In this document: positions 55,706-64,000 of the stretch, in pieces
How positions within the stretch are numbered: position 1 is the first letter of the stretch
Layout of the letters: every line of letters starts with the position of its first letter
From: the human T2T-CHM13v2.0 reference genome, Homo sapiens
NCBI RefSeq assembly: GCF_009914755.1
Contig: NC_060933.1
Reading direction: 5' to 3' (one strand)
Length of the DNA: 64,000 nt
Translations under genes and position numbers: made by a program
Notes under the pieces: generated by a model
The model's database searches: none
Told to the model about the DNA's origin: nothing
What the model saw: the letters and a program-made list of their open reading frames with translations, nothing else

Positions 55706-56999
55706 TTATCTTTTCTTTATGTCTTTTTTTACTCTTGCCACATATTTATTTGGCTAAATGTGTGTTACTTATCTATTCTCTAAATCTTCCTCTGCCCCCA
55801 CTTCCTCCTCAAATTTGTCTAGCCTTTATTAATTTATTGTTTTTATTATTCTATGATTGTTGTCATTAAATACATCTTCATTTAAACATAATGTGTTTTC
55901 CCTTTGCTTTGCTGATATTTTCATTTCAAAATCGAAAATAAAGGGAGCAAACATTAAGTGGGCTTCTAATCTGACCTGCAACTATGAGTGATTCACAGCA
56001 GCTTGCTGAAAAATGGAACTTCTTAACTTTCATTGTGAAGAAAAGAGTTAAACAAATTTAATGTGTTTTCAATAAAAACTCTCCATTATGGGTATTTGGA
56101 TGATCCCTTGAAAAGCCTGCCCTGTTAAGCTTCACAGGGGATGAATGTGAGGGCAGCCATCATGCAGTCATGGAAAAAGTTCCAGATTTCCCTGTTTGAT
56201 TTATTTATATTCTGCTGCATCTTTCATTGTTCCTTACATAACTCTTACTGAGTCTTCTGAGAAATCCCTTTAGATTAATAGTGCCTGCGCAGTTACCAAA
56301 ACTTTCCTTTGTTTTCTAGATTATAGTCATTGTTTTTTTCTATCTGACTCAATAATTCCAAGGACTTTAAACATAAATGTTCATGTTTGGCATGACCTGG
56401 AGTTTTTTCAGTGTTTTTTACTGTTCTATGTTTTCACATACAATACGATGTTTCATGGGCAATATAAAGTAAATGTAATGTATATCTTACAGAAAAGAAA
56501 TAATTTATAGATCTACTCTGTCTACATACTTTCTATTTATTTCTATATAATTTTGATGGTTGAATACTAAAACATATGTTCATTCACTACATTTTCATAA
56601 AAAGTGTATTTTAATTTTAATAAAGAAATGAATATGTGGTTCTAAAACATTAACTAAATATTTTTAATATCTCATCATGACAAGACTGGATAATATATTG
56701 ATTTGAAAGCACAAAAACGAATGGACTTTTATGACTCCATATACCCGGAAATATATGTTCCTCTGTACGTACAATTGAGAACCATACATAGTTCTATTTT
56801 ATAAGTAACACTAAGGCAAAAAAAAATCTAATTTTTATTCTTTTATTTTTACTTGTAAATTTCATTCTTTTGTTCAGAGACTTGGTTCTTTGTGTTTCTT
56901 AAATGGTAGTTGAAAGAATGATTTTATTCCTTCATTTTTATAAAGAAGTAAACACAGAAAACATATTTTCAATTGAACTGTGGTACCTTACTCTTCAGG

Positions 57000-59200
57000 A
57001 GGTACTATTTCATAAACACTTCATATTATAAATTTTTTTCATAAAGCAATGGTCTGTTTACTGGTAAATTTCAAGGAACATATTAAAACAATCAATTTTA
57101 GAGATTGTTATTATTTTACAGTTTTACTTCTCTCATATCATATATAGCAATTGATACTGGAACCTGAAATGTATAGTACAATAAAAAACATTAAAAACCA
57201 ATCTCACATATAAAATACATTAAAAACTAATTAAAATCAAAACATATAAAATCTATCAATAAATTAAAATAAAAAGAATGCTTTAATATGAGAAACTCTA
57301 CTAATATAATGCATTATATCAGTAGGTGAAGGGAGAAAAACTGTATAATCATGATAGATGCCCCAGAAAAGCAATAATGAGCATGTATCTTTAATTAAAA
57401 CTCTTAGCAAACTACGAGTAAAAGGATAAAAGTATCTGTCACAAAGTAAAATTGATTATACTCAATAATCAAAATATAGAAACAAATTAAGTAAGAAACA
57501 TTCAAAACAATTTAAGAGAAATAATGAAAACAGCAGTGGAATGTTGAAATAACTTGTGTTCCTCCTTAAGATAATGAACTGTTAATGAAGGTTGAAGTAG
57601 CCTTAGCATTAGGGACATTTCCATTTAACTTAGGGGCAAGACGATGTTGGCCTTTATGATCATTATTTTTTTTTAACATCCTGCTAGAAGTTCCAGTATC
57701 ATTATTTAGGGAAGCAAATTTAAAAAAAATACAAATTTATAATCAAAAGAGGAAAATAATATTAATCGCTGATTACATGATTTTCTACTTTGGAAATCCA
57801 AGAAAACTAACTAAAAACTGATTAAAACTTATCTGTCCATTAACATAGCTGGATTGAATATAAGAGATAAATAAAATTTTCCTATATTCTAATAATAAAC
57901 ACTCAAAATAGAAAATAAGGAGCCACATACAACAGCAGGATAAATGTAAAATTCTAAGCAATTAACTAAAAGGTATTTCTGGAACTGTATGAAATAAAAC
58001 TACATACATTTCCTATGGAATTTAAAAGAAATACAAAAATAAATAAATATAATTTTTTTAAATAAATAGACTTGTGGACACCTAAGAATATCTTAACTCA
58101 AATCCTAAACTTTGGGAAGGCATAGTAAACTGGACTAAGTCATTCTAAATACCATTTGGATACATATTGATTTAGAATTAAAATAGTAAATGTGAGAGGA
58201 GCTTTCCCTCACAATCATTAAAATCTTTATAAACATACTATCAAGAAAAACGTAGAGTATGCTGGGCCTGGTGGCTCATGTCCGAAATCCTACCATTTTG
58301 GGTGGCCAAGGTGGGAAGATTGCTTGAGGCTAGGAGTTTGAAACCAGCCTGAGCAATACAGTGAGACCCTGTCTCTGCAAAAAATTTAACAAAATAGTGA
58401 GGCATTGTGGTGTACGCTTAAGTCCCAGTTACTCGAGGGGCTGAGGTGGGATGATCGCTTTAGCTGGTAGTTCAAGGCTGCAGGGAGCCATCCATGATTG
58501 TGCCACTGTACTCCAGCCTGCGCAACAAAGTGAGACCCTGTCTCTCATAAATTTTTTTAAAAAAATAAGTATTAAATAAAACATTGGAATAACAGCAACA
58601 AAGTGCAAGGATAATAGGTCAAGGCAAGAGTGATGAAAGTTCAGAAACAAAGGCAATTTTGCATAATAATTTAGTTAAAATGAATATTAAATTGGCATTT
58701 TAAGTAGGTAGAATGACCAAAGGGATTAACCAATAAATGACAATAGAATAATTGGCTAACAGCACACATCCCTACATCACATTTTATCCCAAAATAAATC
58801 CCTGATGAATTAAGGACTTATGGTTATTGACATTATATTTAATCTTTATCCTCAGAAATTTATTTTACTAGTAAATACCTAGTGTTTCTGAGGACACTTC
58901 AATATATTGTGAATTGAGTGTGAATTTTTACAAAATTTCTAGGAAGTAATTTGTCAATATGTGTTTAATGTTTTAAAAACATTCATAATAGTTGATTTAC
59001 AAATTTTTTGCTTAGAAATATATTTTCAAATATTCCATAACATTTAGAAAAGTCTTCATTAATATATGATAACAATAGCAAAATCTTGCAAACACTGACA
59101 GTATTTATCAATGTGGGATTGGTTGGTTAAATAAATTAAGGAAACTTCAAACGTTTATCTGTGGTCATTAAAATAGGACTATATATTATTTATATAGAGT
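57000..59200 (+). mobile_element. Very old L1M(E)-like ORF2/3' fragments
   Basis: TTAACATCCTGCTAGAAGTTCCAG (FNILLEV), GCTGATTACATGATT..GGAAATCCAAG (ADxMI..NP) and an A-rich + strand. Confidence 0.6.
58260..58567 (+). mobile_element. AluJ
   Basis: GGGAAGATTGCTTGAGGCTAGGAGTTTG and GTGAGACCCTGTCTC (twice) are AluJ diagnostics. Confidence 0.9.
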
Positions 59201-60960
59201 TGTCCAAATTTCCCATTCCTCCTTCTCTCTCCCTCTCTCTCCCCATCTATATATAGGTATTTAACATACACACAAATAACATACACAAATTGAAAGTACA
59301 TATACTATAAAGCCAGTAATTGTCAGAGGTAATAATATACTCTCTTAAAATTTCTTTTTCTTTTATTTGCATTTTCTGATGCTGTTTTCTCTTCATTAAG
59401 TTTATGGATTATTCACAAATTATGTTACTCTTATGTCCATAGGAAAATAATTTTAAGTATTTCTGTGAAGGATACCTTTGTTAATTACATTTTCTTTGAT
59501 TGATAATTTTCTATAAAGATACCTGTGGTTCTAATCAGACTGTAAATAGAGACCTAATATCTCATACATCTTTATATTTCTCAATATACCTACAATTCTG
59601 CTCAATGATTAATAAATATTGGCTGTATTAGTATATCAAATGTGGTACCATCATTTTTAAAGTAGTCTGTTAATGCTGAAAATACTGAGATTAACAAACA
59701 TAAACTTATAATCGTGGCCTTTAAAAACAAACCAAAATTATTTAACAGCTAGTGGATCAATTAATATGATATGGGCCAATAAATTATCTACAGACAGAAG
59801 CATCATGCAGCGTTCTCTGGCAAAACGAGTACTGTATTACAAGGATGACTTAGGACTCAGCCAAGTAAAGAAGCTGAGAGACTTGGGTCTTTTACAGAGA
59901 AGAGGCAGAATGTGAAGGAAACCAGAACAAAAATATCAACAAAATATCAACTTTCAAAAGTCATTTTCTTTTTTGAAAAGTTGAATTATTAGATGCTCAA
60001 AGGCAGGGAAAGGTAGTAGAGGCTGCTAGATCTCCAAGAGCCTTCAGTGATGTACCGAGAGGTTTAAATTTTATCTTTAAAATAAAGGAAAGCCTTTGAC
60101 ATAGGTTAAGTATGGAAAGGGAAAATGTTCACACGGTATTGGAAAGCATTTTGAGATTTTACATATCCCAGATGCAGAAGTCCTTTGGAAACTTTGGAAA
60201 TATAGTATTGCCTCCTGGTATACTGAACTGGAATTGGACACTAAATAAGTTCCTTTTTTCCCCATAAAATTTTCCTCTAATACACTTTTGCCTTTTTCAA
60301 TGCAATATGCATGGGCCTTTTATATTTTATACATATAAAGATAAAACTGAACAAACATATATTAGTAAGTAACAAATAATAGAGTAAAATTGATCATCAT
60401 AAATAATAATGGTAGAGCACAGACATGATTCAAATGTGGAAAGTGTTCTGGGTGAGACAAGTTGAAAGAAAAGCCTTGAAAGAAACAGCTAATATGAATT
60501 CACTGTGATGAAGAAATAGCAGTAAGGTATCAAAATACACAACAGTTAGCAGAAACTGACTCACATTTGGGGGCTTGATACGCAATGAAGAGACCTTATA
60601 GATGAGTGAGTAAAGTGCTAGAAGAATCACTTTTCCACGTGGAAGTGGGGAAAATAGACATATTAAAGATGTAAAAAATCAAAACTTTATAAAAATGATA
60701 GAATATAAATGAATGTCTTTCTGTCCTATACGAGAAAAAAATTTACAAAAGACACGTAAAACAGAAATAAAAAATGCACAATAAACTACTTTATTAGAAA
60801 AGGCACAAAAATCAGAGTGGGAGAAGATATTCAGAACTTACTAAAATTGTACTTATCAGGATACATAAATAAATCCTTCATAGAAAAAAGGCAAATAAAA
60901 AATAGAAATATGAATGGGCATAAAAAAGTCCAAAGGGTAAATAAGCCCTAATGAACAAGA

Positions 60961-60985
60961 AATATATATGTATCGTGTGTGTGTG

Positions 60986-61027
<42 letters not shown>
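60961..61027. repeat. (TA)n/(TG)n microsatellite
   Basis: About 19 TA units at 60988-61026 preceded by a TG run. Confidence 0.95.
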
Positions 61028-61029
<2 letters not shown>

Positions 61030-61455
61030 GATTAGAAAAGAAAAAGTCAGAAGGAGTCTAATTGGGAATTAGGTGAATGCCTAACGATTTACCATTTAAA
61101 TTGTCAGAAAATTGCTCTGTTTAATGAGGGGAATGAACAGGAGCATTGTTGTGATGGAGAAGGACTCTCTGATGAAGCTTTGCTGGGTGTTGTTCTGCTC
61201 AAGTTTTGACTTTCTCAAAACACTCTCATTATAAGCAGATGTTCTTATTATTCTTGTTCATTCTTTAGCCTTCCAGAAAGCAACAAGAAAAATGCCTCAA
61301 GCATCCCAAAAGATTGTTGCCATGATCTCTGCTCTTGACTGGTCAACTTTGCTTTGAATGGCCCACTTCCTCTTCTTGGTAGCCATTGCTTTGCTAGTGC
61401 TTTGTGCTTTGTCTTCAAGATCATACTGGGAAAGCGATGTTTTATATCCTGTTAC

Positions 61456-62225
61456 TTTTTTTTTTAATATCATGGGTACATAGTAGGTGTATATATTTAT
61501 GGGTATATGACATATTTTGAAATAGGCATACAATGCATAATAACCACAAAGGGTAAGTGGGGTATCCATCACCTCAAACATATATGTTTTCATTGTTTTA
61601 CAAACAACCCAATTATACACTTTATTTTTGCATTCATTAACCATTCCCTTTTCCCCTCAGCCTACTACCCTTCCCAGCCTCTGGCAATCATCATTCTAGT
61701 CTCTATCTACAAGAGTTCAGTTGTTTTAATTTTTATCTCTTGCAAATAGGTGAGAACATGTGAAATTTGTCATTCTGTGCCTGCTTTATTTCACTTAACA
61801 TAATAACCTCCAGTTTCATCCATGTTGTTGCAAATGACAAGATCTCATTATTTTGTATGGATGAATAGTTCTCCATTGCACGTATGTACCTCTTTTTTAT
61901 TTACTTGTCTTTTTTATAGATACTTAGGTTGTTTCCAAATCTTGGCTATTGTGAATATGCTGCAATAAACATAGGAATGCAGATATGTCTTTGATATACT
62001 GATTTCTTTTGGGATATATAGCGAGCAATGGGATTGCTGGATCATATGGTAGCTCAATTTTCAGCTTTTTGGGGAAACTTCCAAATTGTTCTCCCTAATG
62101 GTTGTATTAACTTACATTTCTTATTTTGAGAAATGTCTGTTCACATCTTTCACCCATTTTTAAGTGCATTATTAGAATTTTTTCCTGCAGAGTTTTTGAG
62201 CTCCTTATATATATCCTCTTTATTC
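61456..62225 (-). mobile_element. L1MA (1-3-like) 3' fragment nested in HSMAR2
   Basis: T-tail then GGGTACATAGTAGGTGTATATATTTATGGG..GGGGTATCCATCACCTCAA. Possible TSD ATCC(TG/GA)TTAC at 61446 and 62226. Confidence 0.88.
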
Positions 62226-62568
62226 ATCCGATTACAATTCTTCAAATAAATGCTTCAGGATCTTGATCCTGCTTCTTTAAAATTCCCATTGAAAGCTCTG
62301 TTCTTGTCTGCAGCTAATCTGGGCACAACAGTTTTAGCATGCACTGAGTAGAAAGTCTGCTCAACTTTAATTTTTCAGTCAGAATTGTGTAAGTTGCACC
62401 AGGTGAGATGCCTATGGTGTTGATTATTTTTGCTGTTAATCATCAGTCCTCTTCAATTAGGGCATGAACAAGATTAATTTTTTTCCTCACATGTTGATGT
62501 GGGTGGTCTGCTTCTGTGTGCTTCATTTTCCACATCATCTTGTCCCTTCTTAAAATGAGTTATTCATT

Positions 62569-62658
62569 GTGGAGCTTGCAGTGAGCCGAGATCGTGCCAC
62601 TGCACTCCAGCCTGGGTGACAGAGCAAGACTCTGTCTCAAAAAAAAAAAAAAAAAAAA
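62569..62658 (+). mobile_element. Strongly 5'-truncated AluY nested in HSMAR2
   Basis: Last ~70 nt of Alu (GGAGCTTGCAGTGAGCCGAGATCG) plus poly-A. TSD GAG(T/C)TATTCATT at 62557-62568 and 62659-62670. Confidence 0.92.
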
Positions 62659-62999
62659 GAGCTATTCATTTGTAAACCGCTGATTTCTTTGGAACATTGT
62701 CCCCATAAACTTTTTGTAGAGCATTAGTGATTTCACCATTCTTCCACCCAAGCTTCACCATGAATTTAATATTTGTTCTCGCTTCATTTTTAACAAAATT
62801 TATGTTGCTCTAATGTGGGCCCTATTCAAACTGATGTCTTATTCTCTTTGTGCTTTAAAATAGATCTTATTCAGACATGTTATAAAAATTTAGTATGTGC
62901 TTATTTTGGGGCAGAACATAATTTGAAACCCTTGCATAAGTTTTTCATAATATGCATTTTCATAAACTTTTTGAAGTCCTATTTTGTCTAAAGTTTGAC

Positions 63000-63545
63000 T
63001 GTATACATACAATATAACTAACAAAAACTCATTTCTAAGAAAATTCTTGCACAAATGAGGTAGGAGATAGTCACAAACATGCTCTCTGAGTATTATTTGT
63101 AGTATGTGGGACATGAAAGAATGCATAAAAAGGGGTAAGTTGTAAAAATATTATATTATTTCCATATACTTTACATGGGATACTACACTATTACTTAAAA
63201 TAAATGATCTAAATCTTATGGATCCCAAAAGAGGTTGAATAAAGAAGCCAGATATAGATGATTTCATGGGTATAATTTTGGGAAGCACATGATTTTTATA
63301 AATGTACAGCCTTTATATACGTAACAAAAGTATATAAACGGGAGAGCTTCAGGTCAAATTCATGGTAATTGTATCTGGGGATGAAGAGGAATGGGGCTTT
63401 GGAGGTGAACGCAGGGACTTCAACTCTAATTTTTGTAAAATTATGTTGAAAATATGTTCATATGATAGTCTTTATTTGTTTATTTGAAGAGGTAGTTACT
63501 TGAATGTTCATTATATTAGTCTTTGTAGTTTCAAGTTTTAAAAAA
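63000..63545 (+). mobile_element. Old L1ME-like 3' fragment
   Basis: ATGGGATACTACAC..TTAAAATAAATGATCTA.., GGGGATGAAGAGGAATGGG..AGGGACTTCAACT. Confidence 0.5.
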
Positions 63546-64000
63546 TCACTCTTTTGAAAATAAGATTGGACTGGGCTTATCTAGAAAAATAGGATATGTT
63601 TAAAAGAAAATATATTGAGGATTAAGTTCAAATGATATAATAGTACAAAATAATTAATAATTTGTAATCATGTTACTAGAGTGAAATAAAAACTGGCATT
63701 TGAAATTCTTCTGGAAATTGCATATTAGATAGAAGAACTAAGGTGATGGTTCAAGAAATATGTTAAATGTGTTTAAATGTTGAACTCACGAAGGACACTA
63801 CAAGGATATATGGTCCTTTTGTGTGAATTACTGAAGGTACCCTCTCCATAGGAATGAATTACAAAATCACATATGTTTCTTATGGATGTATGATAATATA
63901 GCATCCCTTCCTCTGGCTTATGCAACACCAGGCCTAGAAAGTGACTTGACTAACTGGATTTCAGCACTCAATTACACCCCTAGCCAGGAGCTTCCCTGCA

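Larger units (their letters stand above)
61040..62980 (-). mobile_element. HSMAR2 mariner DNA transposon (transposase pseudogene), 3' part missing
   Basis: ORF 61297-61644 ends 'QYDLEDKAQS..SRAEIMATIFWDA', resembling HSMAR2 QYDPEDKAQS..SRAKVMATVFWDA. The 5' coding reverse complement (MVKLGWKNGEI) is at ~62730-62760. Terminal-inverted-repeat (TIR) remnant CATTTTCATAAACTTTTTGAAGTCC at 62955-62979. Confidence 0.9.

Overview
Primate (human or other catarrhine-like) genomic DNA. It is AT-rich, CpG-depleted and mostly transposable-element remains. I can support no protein-coding exon, RNA gene, CpG island or CRISPR array. The longer ORFs in the track are pieces of Alu, L1 ORF1/ORF2/5'UTR, ERVL pol, MaLR LTRs or HSMAR2 transposase, and the rest are short and look like chance AT-rich ORFs. 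Main contents: a 3' L1MA-like piece (1-2.5 kb); about 13 Alu/FLAM copies, most with target-site duplications (TSDs); a near full-length minus-strand L1PA15/16-like element (13.3-21.5 kb); two decayed minus-strand ERVL proviruses (23.6-27.7 kb and 44.8-50.3 kb), each carrying a younger MaLR LTR; an apparently complete LTR-int-LTR MLT1 provirus (39.3-42.2 kb) broken by an inverted L1; a twin-primed L1PA4-like insertion (53.6-54.7 kb); and an HSMAR2 mariner with nested L1MA and AluY (61.0-63.0 kb). The most unusual structures are an ~880-bp internal inversion in the tandem-monomer 5'UTR of the large L1, which creates a long inverted repeat, several template-switch or snap-back hairpin scars, a close cluster of inverted Alus, and a few repeat-free motif-dense segments that could be conserved enhancers. 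I found no evidence of a new gene system. Subfamily names come from my recollection of consensus sequences and need RepeatMasker/Dfam confirmation.
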